Assembly: GCA_043756275.1 (NCBI GenBank) | Contig: JAYURJ010000227.1 | Span: forward strand, 208 to 64,207 | Direction: 5' to 3' | Source of the DNA: Betaproteobacteria bacterium | GTDB taxonomy: Bacteria; Pseudomonadota; Gammaproteobacteria; Burkholderiales; Usitatibacteraceae | Length of the DNA: 64,000 bases | Part shown: positions 1-10,072 of the stretch, piece by piece | How positions within the stretch are numbered: position 1 is the stretch's first letter | Layout of the letters: every line of letters starts with the position of its first letter | The notes under the pieces: model-generated | What the model was told of the DNA's origin: nothing | What the model saw: the letters and a program-made list of their open reading frames with translations, nothing else | Databases searched by the model: none | Made by a program: the position numbers and the translations under genes

Positions 1-2082
1 GAATCCTTTGCCCGATTTCACGCACGCGTCGAGGACGGGTGCGGGCTTCCAGAAAGCCGGGTCAGCGTGCGGATTAGCTGCAAATCGATTCATGGCGGCA
101 ACGACATTGGCAAGACCGACCGATTCGGCATAGTGCATCGGCCCGCCACGCCAAAGCGGAAAACCGTAACCCATCAAATAAATGACATCGATGTCGGATG
201 CGCGCTGAGCAATCCCCTCGGCCAAAATGTGCGCGCCCTCATTGACCAATGCGTAGACCAAACGCTGGCAAATTTCTTCGTCACTGATTGGCCGTGTTTC
301 AAAACCGGATGCGCGACGATATTCGCTCAACACCTCGGCAACAATGGTTGAGGGATAGGCCTGTCGATCACCGGGCTTGTAGTCATACCATCCCGCGCCA
401 GTCTTCTGACCAAAACGACCCATCTCGCATAGTCGGTCTCCTGCCCTGGAGTACGTCAGATCCGGTCGTTCAACATAGCGGCGCTGGCGAATATGCCAGC
501 CGATATCATTGCCCGCCAGATCACCCATGCGGAAAGGGCCCATGGCAAACCCAAAGTGTTCAATCGCGCGGTCAATCTGTTCCACCGATGCGCCTTCGTC
601 GAGCATAAACATCGCCTGCCGCGAATACTGCTCGATCATGCGATTGCCGATAAAGCCATCACATACGCCGGACACCACGGCCGTCTTCTTTATCTTTTTG
701 GCAAGCTTCATTACGGTGGCCAATACATCATGCGATGTCCGGGCACCGCGTACCACCTCAAGCAACTTCATCACATTTGCCGGGCTGAAAAAATGCAGCC
801 CGACTACATCCTGCGGGCGCTTGGTGAAGCTGGCAATGCGGTTCAAGTCGAGTGTCGAGGTATTGCTGGCCAGAATCGCGTTAGGCTTCATCACGCTATC
901 AAGTTTGCTAAATACCTGTTCTTTGACGCCGATGTCTTCGAACACAGCCTCGATGACGAGGTCGGCATCTTTGATGTCGTCATAGCTTAACGTAGGCTTG
1001 AGAAGTGCTACGCGCTGGTCACATTTTTCCTGCGTGAGCTTGCCGCGTTTAACGGTGTTCTGATAATTTTTGCAGATAACGGCCACACCCCTGTCGAGCG
1101 CGTCTTGTTTCGTTTCCAGCATCGTCACGGCAATTCCTGCATTCAGGAAATTCATGCTGATGCCACCGCCCATGGTGCCCGCACCAATCACCGCGACGGA
1201 TTTGATCGGTCGAATCGGCGTGGATTCGGGCACGTCGGAAATTTTTGAGGCCGCACGTTCGGCAAAAAAAGCGTGGCGCAGTGCAGCTGATTCCTTTGTT
1301 GCCACCAATTCCGAGAACAACTGAAACTCGTATGCGAGTCCATCCTCGATATCGCGTAATACAGATGCCTCGACGGCATCGACACATTTTAGCGGCGCGG
1401 GGAAATTTTTGCTGGCCGCCGCGACCTTTGCGCGCGCCTCAGCAAAAAACGCTGCCGAATTCGGCATGTCGATTCTCATGTCGCGGACGCGCGGCAATTT
1501 TGCGCCGTCAGCGATGACCTTCCGCGCAAACGCGAGCGCACCCGACATGAAATCACCCTCGATCAACTGATCGAGGAACTTGGTGTTCGCGAGTACTTCA
1601 GATTTCACCGGGTCGCCGGAAACGATCATATTGAGTGCCAATTCCACACCCGCCACGCGTGGCAAGCGCTGCGTGCCGCCGGCGCCTGGCAAAATGCCGA
1701 TCTTTACTTCGGGCAATCCGATCATCACGCCGGGTGCCGCGACCCGATAGTGGCATCCCAGCGAAATCTCGGTGCCGCCACCCATACAAACGCCATTGAT
1801 AGCCGCGATGACCGGCTTGGCGCTGGCTTCAAACATGCGGATCAAATCGTGCAATGTCGGTGACTGCATCGCGATGGCCTTGCCGAATTCGCGAATATCT
1901 GCGCCTCCGGTCAGCACCCCGTAAGCGCCGGTGATGACGATGGCCCGCACATCAACGGCCGCGAAGGCAAGATGCAGCGCGGTTTCCAACCCTTGGCGGG
2001 TCGCCAGGCCCATGCTATTGATGGGTGGATTATCGATCGTGATGATGGCGATATTTTCTTGAACCTGATAGCGAGCGGTCAT
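1..2082 (-). CDS. bifunctional enoyl-CoA hydratase / 3-hydroxyacyl-CoA dehydrogenase (FadB/FadJ-like); 3' end lies beyond the window
   Basis: Missing from the ORF track because no stop lies in the window. My minus-strand translation from ATG 2082 reads MTARYQVQENIAIITIDNPPINSM (crotonase fold). Later comes VAVIGAGTMGGGI (Rossmann GxGxxG) and a 3-hydroxyacyl-CoA dehydrogenase C-terminal region. The frame stays open to base 1. Confidence 0.85.
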   Translation of the reverse strand, partial: MTARYQVQENIAIITIDNPPINSMGLATRQGLETALHLAFAAVDVRAIVITGAYGVLTGGADIREFGKAIAMQSPTLHDLIRMFEASAKPVIAAINGVCMGGGTEISLGCHYRVAAPGVMIGLPEVKIGILPGAGGTQRLPRVAGVELALNMIVSGDPVKSEVLANTKFLDQLIEGDFMSGALAFARKVIADGAKLPRVRDMRIDMPNSAAFFAEARAKVAAASKNFPAPLKCVDAVEASVLRDIEDGLAYEFQLFSELVATKESAALRHAFFAERAASKISDVPESTPIRPIKSVAVIGAGTMGGGISMNFLNAGIAVTMLETKQDALDRGVAVICKNYQNTVKRGKLTQEKCDQRVALLKPTLSYDDIKDADLVIEAVFEDIGVKEQVFSKLDSVMKPNAILASNTSTLDLNRIASFTKRPQDVVGLHFFSPANVMKLLEVVRGARTSHDVLATVMKLAKKIKKTAVVSGVCDGFIGNRMIEQYSRQAMFMLDEGASVEQIDRAIEHFGFAMGPFRMGDLAGNDIGWHIRQRRYVERPDLTYSRAGDRLCEMGRFGQKTGAGWYDYKPGDRQAYPSTIVAEVLSEYRRASGFETRPISDEEICQRLVYALVNEGAHILAEGIAQRASDIDVIYLMGYGFPLWRGGPMHYAESVGLANVVAAMNRFAANPHADPAFWKPAPVLDACVKSGKGF

Positions 2083-2137
2083 TTTATTTTGAATTGAAGT
2101 TTGAAGTTGAACGAGACCCGTGCGAGTGGGACGAGGG

Positions 2138-2893
2138 CTATCTGGGCTTTCTGGGCATTCTGGAAAAAACGCGGTCATACAACCAGTTGGGCATCACCCG
2201 CAGAACGCGCGCGGCAATCCCCATCGACCACGGAATAACAGTAAATGATTTTTTCGCATCGATGGCGCGCGCAAACCGCACCGCTGCCTCGTCGACATCG
2301 ATCAAAAATGGCATCTTGAATTTGTTCACCGCCGTCATCGGCGTTTTGATATAGCCAGGGCAAATCGTGACCACCGATATACCATCGCTGCGCAACTCCA
2401 CACGCAACGATTCGCAATAGCGGATGGCCGCAGCCTTGGAGGCCGAGTAGGCGCCGCCGCCGGGAATGCCACGAAAACCGGCCACGCTGGCGATACCGAC
2501 CAGCGTGCCGCGTTTCTGTTGCTTCATCGGCTCAACAAACGCATGGAAAGTGTTCACCATGCCCATCACGTTGATGTCGAAGACCTCCTGAAATACCTGC
2601 AAATCGTCTTCAAATTCCGTCAGCGTCCCGCGCGATACCCCCGCGTTAGCAATCACGATATCGGGAACGCCGAAACGCGATATGAAATCGGTTGCTGCAT
2701 GTTTGAGTGCTGCCGCATCGCGCACATCGAGAGCATAAACAGCGGGATGTGGTTCAAGTTCATCCGCAAGTCGCGCCAAAAAATCCGCACGCCGCGCGAC
2801 CAAGCCCAGTTGCACGTCCTGCTTGGCGTAGTGGCGCGCCATGGATTCGCCAATGCCGGACGAAGCGCCGGTGATAAAAATCTTAGTCATCAT
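2138..2893 (-). CDS. SDR family NAD(P)-dependent oxidoreductase
   Basis: 251 aa with an N-terminal TGASSGIG cofactor motif and a YSASK catalytic Tyr-x3-Lys. Confidence 0.85.
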   Translation of the reverse strand: MMTKIFITGASSGIGESMARHYAKQDVQLGLVARRADFLARLADELEPHPAVYALDVRDAAALKHAATDFISRFGVPDIVIANAGVSRGTLTEFEDDLQVFQEVFDINVMGMVNTFHAFVEPMKQQKRGTLVGIASVAGFRGIPGGGAYSASKAAAIRYCESLRVELRSDGISVVTICPGYIKTPMTAVNKFKMPFLIDVDEAAVRFARAIDAKKSFTVIPWSMGIAARVLRVMPNWLYDRVFSRMPRKPR

Positions 2894-2946
2894 CTATTTT
2901 ACGCTGCAAGGGGTTAGCGTATGGCATAGGCGCGCGCTGTTGAAAT

Positions 2947-2976
2947 AAAAAACGCGGGACAATGCCCGCGTTTTTT
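2947..2976 (-). terminator. intrinsic terminator downstream of dsbA (bidirectional design)
   Basis: The stem is CGCGGG (2953-2958) paired with CCCGCG (2965-2970), with a 6-nt loop. An A-run and a T6 run flank it, about 20 nt after the dsbA stop. Confidence 0.75.
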
Positions 2977-2995
2977 GATGCCTCAAAACCTGATG

Positions 2996-3697
2996 CTATT
3001 TTGTCGCTTCTGCGCTCACTCTTTTCAATACTGCCTTGGGCTGCGCTGGCGCAGACGCCACACTTGGCGCCACGATAGCGGAGGTTTTTATAGTTGCACG
3101 GGCTTGCGCGATGAGCTGGTCAACCTTTGCAAACATGGCCTCAGAACCAGCGCTACCTTGCTCAATTGAAAAGCGTCCATTGACCACCACGGTTGGTGTC
3201 GCGTCGATTTTGTAATCCACAACCATTTTCCGGGCGCGATTGACTTTGGTCACCACCGAAAATGATTTTTGCACTTCTTCATACTTTTTCGTGTCAACGC
3301 CATTTTTTTCAAGCCATTTATTTAGCGCTGCCGGATTGCCGAGAACGGCTTTTTGAAGATGTATCGCGTCGAAAATTTTGGCGTGCAGACGGTCAACCTG
3401 CCCCATCGCTTCAAGCGAATAGTAAATAACCGTGCTGTCTATACCCATGATCGGCACTGGCGATGGCACGCGTTTGAGTTTTACGTCCGCAGGTTGCCGC
3501 TTGGCCCAGGATTCCAGTGAGGGCTCAAGATTGGCGCAGTGAATACAGCCGTAAGCAAAAAACTCCAGCACTTCAACCTTGCCATCATTTTCCACCGGTT
3601 GTGGGGTGGCCAGCGGGGTTGCACGCTGCGCATGGACAGCGCTAAAGGTAAGTATCGTGAACAGCAATACGCTGATTTTTTTTAGCCAATTTGACAT
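2996..3697 (-). CDS. dsbA: thiol:disulfide interchange protein DsbA family
   Basis: Signal peptide MSNWLKKISVLLFTILTFSAVHA and a thioredoxin-fold CxxC site (YGCIHCANLEP). It has an Ala/Pro-rich C-terminal tail of about 30 aa. Confidence 0.85.
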   Translation of the reverse strand: MSNWLKKISVLLFTILTFSAVHAQRATPLATPQPVENDGKVEVLEFFAYGCIHCANLEPSLESWAKRQPADVKLKRVPSPVPIMGIDSTVIYYSLEAMGQVDRLHAKIFDAIHLQKAVLGNPAALNKWLEKNGVDTKKYEEVQKSFSVVTKVNRARKMVVDYKIDATPTVVVNGRFSIEQGSAGSEAMFAKVDQLIAQARATIKTSAIVAPSVASAPAQPKAVLKRVSAEATK

Positions 3698-3726
3698 CTT
3701 GAGTTTCCCGTTAATAAATAATGAAG

Positions 3727-4422
3727 TTAATCTGCCGCTTTCACCACAGCCGCATTGATTCCGTTTTGAGACAGCGTTAGCTTGATTCTGTTCACCTCGT
3801 CCGGGCTTCTATAAGGCCCCAGACGCACCCTGTATAACGTGCCTTTGTCGGCCAAGTTGACCGGTCGAACATTGGCTTCAAAGCCGGAAAATGCGATCTT
3901 GGCTTTCAGATTCTCCGCGTCCGTCACGCTCTGAAACGCACCGGCTTGCAAGTAAACAGTTTCGCCGCCTGTGGGTTTTTGCACTTCTTTAGCTGGCGTA
4001 GCCTGCGTTTTTACAGCGGGCTTTGCTTCAGGTGGCGGCGTTGATTTGAGCGCATTTGCGGCAGGTGTCCGCTCTGCGCCACGTTCACCTTTTTCACCCT
4101 TGCCGCCTTTATCGCCCGGCAAAATCTGATAAAACTCAAAGCGCGGCTTTTCAGCTTCGCCTTTTTCGTTTTTTTCACCCTTAACTGTCGGTGGCTGTGC
4201 AGCCCGCGCAGCGATCGTCGGCAGCGCTTCGACGGGCCGGGATTTTTCCAAAAACGGCGTGTTGGCACGATTGAGCCAGATCGCCACCGCAAGTGCCAGC
4301 ATGATGCCCATCAAGAGGCCAATGATAATGCCCGTCAGCATGGGCGGCATGCCGCGGTGCTTCCCGGCCCGACCACCAGTTTCGGCGGGCTTGGTCTCAA
4401 CAGATTTGACATCTCTTGCCAT
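3727..4422 (-). CDS. SPOR domain-containing cell-division protein
   Basis: One TM helix, a Lys/Glu/Gly/Pro-rich linker, and a C-terminal SPOR signature (YLQAGAF...YRVRLGPY). The argS-SPOR-dsbA order is the usual one. Confidence 0.8.
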   Translation of the reverse strand: MARDVKSVETKPAETGGRAGKHRGMPPMLTGIIIGLLMGIMLALAVAIWLNRANTPFLEKSRPVEALPTIAARAAQPPTVKGEKNEKGEAEKPRFEFYQILPGDKGGKGEKGERGAERTPAANALKSTPPPEAKPAVKTQATPAKEVQKPTGGETVYLQAGAFQSVTDAENLKAKIAFSGFEANVRPVNLADKGTLYRVRLGPYRSPDEVNRIKLTLSQNGINAAVVKAAD

Positions 4423-4425
4423 TAT

Positions 4426-6090
4426 TTACATTTTCTCCGGCGCTGAAACCCCGACGATTGCCAGACCATTCCTCAGGACTTGCCGCGTCGCCAGAATAAG
4501 AGACAACCTTGCCCGCTTCAGGTTCTCGTCGTCGACCAAAAACTTCTCGGCATTGTAGTAGCTATGCAGCTTGGCGGCGAGATCGCCCAGATACACGCAC
4601 ACCAGATGCGGTGCCAATTCGCGCGCGGCGCCACGCAGCAGCTCAGGAAAATCAGCCAGCGCGCGCAGCAAATCGGATTCGTACTTGCTCGTCAGGGCCG
4701 ATAAATCCACGCGTTCAAGCACCGCGACATCGCCTCCCCATTGACCTAGCACGCTGCAAATCCGCGCGTGTGCATATTGGACGTAATAGACCGGATTTTC
4801 CTCCGAGCGACTCTTGGCCAGATCGATATCGAAGGTCAATTGCGAATCGGATTTGCGCATCACAAAAAAATAGCGCGTCGCATCGCGACCGACTTCATCG
4901 ATCAGATCGCGCAGCGTCACATAGCTGCCAGCGCGTTTGGAAATTTTCATTTCCACACCGCTGCGCATGACCGTAATCATCTGATGCAACACGTAGTCGG
5001 GATAGCCGCGTGGCACGCCCATATCCATCGCCTGAAGCCCTGCGTGCATGCGCGCCAACGATCCGTGATGGTCTGCACCCAGCTCGGTAATGGCGCGGGT
5101 GAAGCCGCGTTCCCATTTGGTGACGTGATAGGCGATATCGGGCACAAAATAAGTAAACGTGCCGTCCGATTTCTTCATCACGCGATCTTTGTCATCGCCG
5201 TAATCTGTGGACTTAAGCCACAACGCGCCATCTTTTTGGTAGGTGTGGCCCATCTTGACCAGATGCGCCACAGTCTTTTTCACGAGGCCGTCGGTATACA
5301 GCGAGGACTCAAGATAAAAGACATCGAATTGAACATCGAACGCCTTCAGATCCAGATCCTGCTCGTGTCGCAGCGCGGCGACGGCAAATTTGCGCATTGC
5401 CTCAAGGTCATCGCCCTTCGCGTCTTTTGGATGTTCTTCAACATAACGCTCGGCAATTTCGATGATGTAGTCACCCCGATAACCGCCGTCCGGAAACGGC
5501 GCGTCGATCAGCGCCTTTTCGCGCACGCGTGCCTGCACGGACAACGCCAGATTGTTGATCTGCGCACCGGCATCGTTGTAATAAAACTCGCGACTCACTT
5601 GCCAGCTTTGCGCCGTAAGCAGGCGGGCAATGGTGTCGCCCGTGGCAGCACCGCGACCGTGGCCCACGTGCAACGGCCCGGTCGGATTGGCGGATACAAA
5701 TTCGACCATCACCTTCTGGCCACTACCGTCGCGGCCCTTGCCAAAATCATCGGCCGCTGCAAATACAGCCGCAACGACTCGCGATTCGGCTTTTTGCGAG
5801 AGGCGAATATTGATAAATCCCGGCCCGGCGATTTCGGGTGTGGCCGCCAATAAATCAGATGGCGGCAACGTTGCGACGATGGCCACCGCAATATCTCGCG
5901 GTTTGGCACCAAGCTTTTTGGCGAGCTGCAACGCGCTGTTCACCGCGAAATGACCGTGATCCGGATTCTTCGGTTTTTCGAGTTCGATGACGAACGGCGG
6001 GGCCTCATCGTTGAGTTGAGGATAGGCGATGAAAAGAGCCTGCTGGAACAGCGCCGCAACGGCACTTTTGTTATCGATGAAAGATGACAT
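4426..6090 (-). CDS. argS: arginine--tRNA ligase
   Basis: 554 aa with a class I HIGH motif ([12 protein letters not shown]), a KMSKS-like MKISKR, and the C-terminal anticodon-binding DALR region. Confidence 0.95.
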   Translation of the reverse strand: MSSFIDNKSAVAALFQQALFIAYPQLNDEAPPFVIELEKPKNPDHGHFAVNSALQLAKKLGAKPRDIAVAIVATLPPSDLLAATPEIAGPGFINIRLSQKAESRVVAAVFAAADDFGKGRDGSGQKVMVEFVSANPTGPLHVGHGRGAATGDTIARLLTAQSWQVSREFYYNDAGAQINNLALSVQARVREKALIDAPFPDGGYRGDYIIEIAERYVEEHPKDAKGDDLEAMRKFAVAALRHEQDLDLKAFDVQFDVFYLESSLYTDGLVKKTVAHLVKMGHTYQKDGALWLKSTDYGDDKDRVMKKSDGTFTYFVPDIAYHVTKWERGFTRAITELGADHHGSLARMHAGLQAMDMGVPRGYPDYVLHQMITVMRSGVEMKISKRAGSYVTLRDLIDEVGRDATRYFFVMRKSDSQLTFDIDLAKSRSEENPVYYVQYAHARICSVLGQWGGDVAVLERVDLSALTSKYESDLLRALADFPELLRGAARELAPHLVCVYLGDLAAKLHSYYNAEKFLVDDENLKRARLSLILATRQVLRNGLAIVGVSAPEKM

Positions 6091-6288
6091 GACTGGCTTA
6101 AAAGTTAGTCTGAAATTATAGCGGGAAGGGGGTCAAAACGCGACCGGTGGTGGCGCGTTTGCGGGTGGCTTTCAGCCGCATATAAAGACCAAACTCAAGC
6201 GCTGGCGCGCCTTCCAGAGCAAAAACACGTGGAACGGCACGCCAATAAACGATCTTCGCTAATTTACAGATTACGAGCGAAACGCTCG

Positions 6289-6999
6289 CTACAACCGCAC
6301 CGCCGTCTCCAGCGCGATCTCGATCATCGCGCCAAAACTTGTCTGCCGCTCGTCAGTGCTCAAATGTTCATCGGTGCGAATTTGATCCGACACCGTGAGA
6401 ATCCCCAGTGCGCGCGCGCCATATTCGGCGGCCAAACCGTAGAGTCCGGCGAGTTCCATTTCGACGGCGAGCACCTTCATTTTTTCAAGTTTGTCGAACA
6501 GCTCTGGCTGCGGCGTGTAAAAGAGATCTGCCGAAAATACGTTGCCCACGCGTACCGTTTTTTTCTGCTCTTTTGCCACATCCACCGCCGTCCGTAGCAA
6601 ATCGTAATCGGCGATTGCGGCGTAGTCGTGATCCATCAGACGCATGCGATTGACCTTGCTGTCAGTCGAGGCTCCCATGGCGATAATGACTTCACCGAGT
6701 TTGATCTCGGCCATCAACGCACCGCAGGAACCGACGCGAATCACGTTTTTGACGGCGTAATCCTTGATGAGCTCGGTCGCGTAAATGCTGCACGACGGAA
6801 TGCCCATGCCGTGCGCCATCACCGAAACGCGCTTGCCCTGAAACGTGCCGGTATAGCCGAACATATTGCGAACCGTGTTGACCAGTTTGGCATCTTTAAG
6901 CCAGGTCTTGGCGATGAACTCGGCGCGCAGTGGATCGCCCGGCATGAGAACGGTTTCGGCAAAGTCACCGGCTTGGGCGTTGATGTGTGGTGTCGGCAT
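6289..6999 (-). CDS. deoD: purine-nucleoside phosphorylase, DeoD type
   Basis: 236 aa. The N-terminus [26 protein letters not shown] and [11 protein letters not shown] closely follow E. coli DeoD as I remember it. Confidence 0.92.
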   Translation of the reverse strand: MPTPHINAQAGDFAETVLMPGDPLRAEFIAKTWLKDAKLVNTVRNMFGYTGTFQGKRVSVMAHGMGIPSCSIYATELIKDYAVKNVIRVGSCGALMAEIKLGEVIIAMGASTDSKVNRMRLMDHDYAAIADYDLLRTAVDVAKEQKKTVRVGNVFSADLFYTPQPELFDKLEKMKVLAVEMELAGLYGLAAEYGARALGILTVSDQIRTDEHLSTDERQTSFGAMIEIALETAVRL

Positions 7000-7139
7000 G
7001 GGTGGGCTTTGCGATTAGAAACAAAAGATGGTTGAAGGTCCGCGACGATAATGAATGAATGCACGGCTTCCTGCTATTTTAGTGTACCTGCCCGTCGCGT
7101 TTGACCGGTGAAGGTGCCCATTTGACCGCCGCAGTTCAA

Positions 7140-8957
7140 TTACTTATTCGCATCATCGCGGCGCCAGCCTTTGCTTGAGTGTTCGTTCTCAAATTGCTGG
7201 CGATCTTTCGCAAACTGCTGCGCAAGTTCGTCGCGCCCGGCTCTGGCGGTCGACACCAGCCGGTCGTCATCGTCAAAGTGCGGGATCATAGCCTCGGTGA
7301 CGCTAATGTTGTGGCGACGGAAAATATTGGCCATGTCGCGCGCGCGAAAGCGATCAAACCCCAGCGCTTCCAGCGAGTGGCGGCCAGCCAGCAGCGCGGA
7401 CTCGAAGGTTTCACGTTCCACGATTTCCACGCCGCGCTGCCGCAGCTCAACATAGTGGGTCACGTTGCGCGCACGCGCGACGATTTTCAGATTCGGAAAA
7501 TGTTCGCGTACGATGTCGGTGAGTTTCAAACTATCCTCCATGTCGTCAATGGCGTTAACCAGCAGCGCGGCGTTTTTGGCCCCGGCGGCGTGCAGTAAAT
7601 CGAGGCGCGTGGCATCGCCATAAAAAACCTTGGTGCCGAATTTCCGCAGCAGTTCAATCTGATCCGGATCGTGATCAAGCACCACCGCGCGGACACCGTT
7701 GGCCAACAGCAATCGACCGACGATTTGCCCGAAGCGACCAAAGCCCGCGATGATCACCGGCGCATCTTTTTCATCGATCACATCGGCCTCATCCTTGCTG
7801 CTCTTGGCGCATTCGCGGCGCGCCATCCACCAATCATGCGCGATCAGCAACAGCGGCGTGGTGGCCATCGACAGCGCCACCGCAATGGTGAGCAATGCAT
7901 CCCATTCTTTCGACAGCACGCCTGCCACTCTTGATGCACCAAACACTACAAACGCAAACTCGCCGCCCTGCGAGAGCAGTATCGCGAACAGCCAGCGCTG
8001 CTTGAGATTAATGCCGAGAATGCGCGCGGCCACCCACAGCATGATTGTCTTGATCGTCAAAAACCCCAGCACCAACAGCGCCACCATGCCGGGCTTGTTG
8101 ATTAGCAAACCAAAATCGATGGCCATGCCGACCGAAATAAAAAACAAGCCGAGCAACAAGCCTTTGAATGGCTCAATATCAGTTTCCAGCGCGTGGCGAT
8201 ATTCCGAGCTCGCCAGCAACACCCCGGCAAGAAACGCCCCCAGGCCCATCGATAATCCTGCCAGCAGCATCAGTTGCGAAATACCGATCACCAACAGTAG
8301 CGCAAAGGCGGTGAACACTTCGCGCAGGTCGGTGGCGGCGATAATGCGCAACAGCGGTCGTGTCAGGTACAGGCCGATCACGATTACGGCACCAATGGCC
8401 CCAAACGCTTTCAATGCACTCAACCAGCCCGGGTCGGCATTGGCAACCCCGGCTGCATGCGCGCCCAGCAGCGGTACGATTGCCAACAGCGGAATCGCGG
8501 CGATATCCTGAAACAACAAAATCGCGAAGCCTGCCTGACCGGTAGGTGTGGGCATGAAATTTCGCTCGGTCATTGTTGCGACCGCAATCGCGGTGGAAGA
8601 AAGCGCCAGCGCCGCACCGACCACCAACGCCGCTTTCCAATCCAGCCCCAGCAACATCGCACCACCGCTAAGTGCTGCGCCACAGAGCGCCATCTGCAAA
8701 GACCCTCCGCCAAAAACACTTTTGCGCATCGTCATCAATCGTTTCGGTTCCAGCTCCAGCCCGATCACGAACAACATCAGCACGACGCCGAATTCGGAGA
8801 AGTGCATCGTTGATTCCACGTCCTTGATAAAACGCAGCCCCCACGGGCCGATCAAGGCACCGGCAATGAGATAGCCCAATACGGCACCCAAGCCGAGACG
8901 TTTTGCGATCGGTACGCAGATAACGGCAGCGGCGAGGTAAATAAGTGCTTCGATCAT
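7140..8957 (-). CDS. kefC: glutathione-regulated K+ efflux protein (KefB/KefC family)
   Basis: 605 aa. It has a multi-TM cation/H+ antiporter domain plus a C-terminal RCK/KTN NAD-binding fold ([11 protein letters not shown]). Its start overlaps the upstream partner's stop by 4 nt. Confidence 0.9.
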   Translation of the reverse strand: MIEALIYLAAAVICVPIAKRLGLGAVLGYLIAGALIGPWGLRFIKDVESTMHFSEFGVVLMLFVIGLELEPKRLMTMRKSVFGGGSLQMALCGAALSGGAMLLGLDWKAALVVGAALALSSTAIAVATMTERNFMPTPTGQAGFAILLFQDIAAIPLLAIVPLLGAHAAGVANADPGWLSALKAFGAIGAVIVIGLYLTRPLLRIIAATDLREVFTAFALLLVIGISQLMLLAGLSMGLGAFLAGVLLASSEYRHALETDIEPFKGLLLGLFFISVGMAIDFGLLINKPGMVALLVLGFLTIKTIMLWVAARILGINLKQRWLFAILLSQGGEFAFVVFGASRVAGVLSKEWDALLTIAVALSMATTPLLLIAHDWWMARRECAKSSKDEADVIDEKDAPVIIAGFGRFGQIVGRLLLANGVRAVVLDHDPDQIELLRKFGTKVFYGDATRLDLLHAAGAKNAALLVNAIDDMEDSLKLTDIVREHFPNLKIVARARNVTHYVELRQRGVEIVERETFESALLAGRHSLEALGFDRFRARDMANIFRRHNISVTEAMIPHFDDDDRLVSTARAGRDELAQQFAKDRQQFENEHSSKGWRRDDANK

Positions 8958-9484
8958 GTTGATGCCGCCAACGCGATCAAACGCGCACGAAAATTTTCCG
9001 CCTGCGCAGCAAGCTCGGCATCGCCGACTTCATGCGCGCCATGAAGCACCATCGGCGCTTGCCATTTCATCCTGCAAAAACGCGCCGTCTGCTCAATCGG
9101 CGGGGCAAAATTTTCAAAGCGTTGCTGATGCATGCCTTCAGCCGAATATGATTCTTCGTCGCCGCCGGCGCTGACGACCCACAGGCACTGTTTGCCACGC
9201 AATGCATTGCCATCGCTGCCATAGGCCCATCCGCGCGCCAGCACCACGTCGAACCAATGTTTGAGCATCGACGGCACGCTGTACCAGTAGATCGGGTGCA
9301 GCCACACAATCAGGTCGGCGCGCGCGAGTGCGGCCTGCTCGGCGGCGACATCAATATCAAAATCAGGATAAAGATCGTAGAGCGAACGCGTGTCGAGATC
9401 GGGCAGATCAATGATGGCATTGAGCAACGCCCGGCACGCGCGCGAGTGTTGCGGATACGGGTGGGCGTAGAGAACGAGAATCAT
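8954..9484 (-). CDS. KefF/KefG-type flavodoxin-like NAD(P)H oxidoreductase (Kef ancillary subunit)
   Basis: I set the start at ATG 9484 ([16 protein letters not shown]...), giving 176 aa. It is translationally coupled to kefC. Confidence 0.8.
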   Translation of the reverse strand: MILVLYAHPYPQHSRACRALLNAIIDLPDLDTRSLYDLYPDFDIDVAAEQAALARADLIVWLHPIYWYSVPSMLKHWFDVVLARGWAYGSDGNALRGKQCLWVVSAGGDEESYSAEGMHQQRFENFAPPIEQTARFCRMKWQAPMVLHGAHEVGDAELAAQAENFRARLIALAAST

Positions 9485-9651
9485 GATGGTGAAGTTTAGC
9501 CCACGTGTGCTTTGATCAGCCGGACTGATTGTGTGCAAGACGCATTGCGAAGGGTATCTCTGCAAGTTGGCCGCTGCAATTTAATTTCAATAAAAATTCA
9601 GCAAACGCCAGCGCCGGTGCGGTCTCTGGCGGCTTTTATGCTGGAAACCGC

Positions 9652-10035
9652 CTATCCACGCGCACTTTGTCTTTTTGATCTCATTGGCAGCCATGCGAAC
9701 CACGCCCCGATCACCGCAAGCAAAACCGCCACATAAAGCAGCACAAACACCCACGGCGGCGCGTTCCAGTAAATCAACGCTGATACCCAGCGTTGCACGA
9801 AGCTTTGCTCAATTGCCACACCTCGCAACCAGTCTTCCAATAGCGTCAGCGGACAAGTAAGACCAAAGATCGCCTCAAGCGTCACAAACGCCATCAGCGC
9901 GACGTGTGCGATGCGAAAGCCGCGATGCCGCACCCACGCCCAGCCGACCACGCCGCCGATGACAATCATCAACAAGCCGCCAATATTGAACAGGACTACG
10001 CCAGCGTGCAGCAGAAAAACAATGTCGGCGAGCAT
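9652..10035 (-). CDS. DUF2784 family membrane protein
   Basis: 127 aa with four predicted TM helices. The pattern GLTCPLTLLEDWLR matches my memory of DUF2784. Confidence 0.6.
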   Translation of the reverse strand: MLADIVFLLHAGVVLFNIGGLLMIVIGGVVGWAWVRHRGFRIAHVALMAFVTLEAIFGLTCPLTLLEDWLRGVAIEQSFVQRWVSALIYWNAPPWVFVLLYVAVLLAVIGAWFAWLPMRSKRQSARG

Positions 10036-10072
10036 TTGCGATTGTATGAAAAATAGATTGCCAGGACGGCAG

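Noticed and set aside
4768-5853. Long ORFs antisense to well-supported genes. Examples are 4768..5853 opposite argS, 7699..8511 opposite kefC, 16932..18152 opposite dxs, 52620..53333 opposite pgk, 51030..51605 opposite pyk and 39146..39868 opposite the BNR gene.
   Set aside because: Their translations are low-complexity (Arg/Ala/Pro/Ser-rich) and carry no motifs. They mirror genes with unmistakable family signatures. Long open antisense frames are expected in GC-rich coding DNA.
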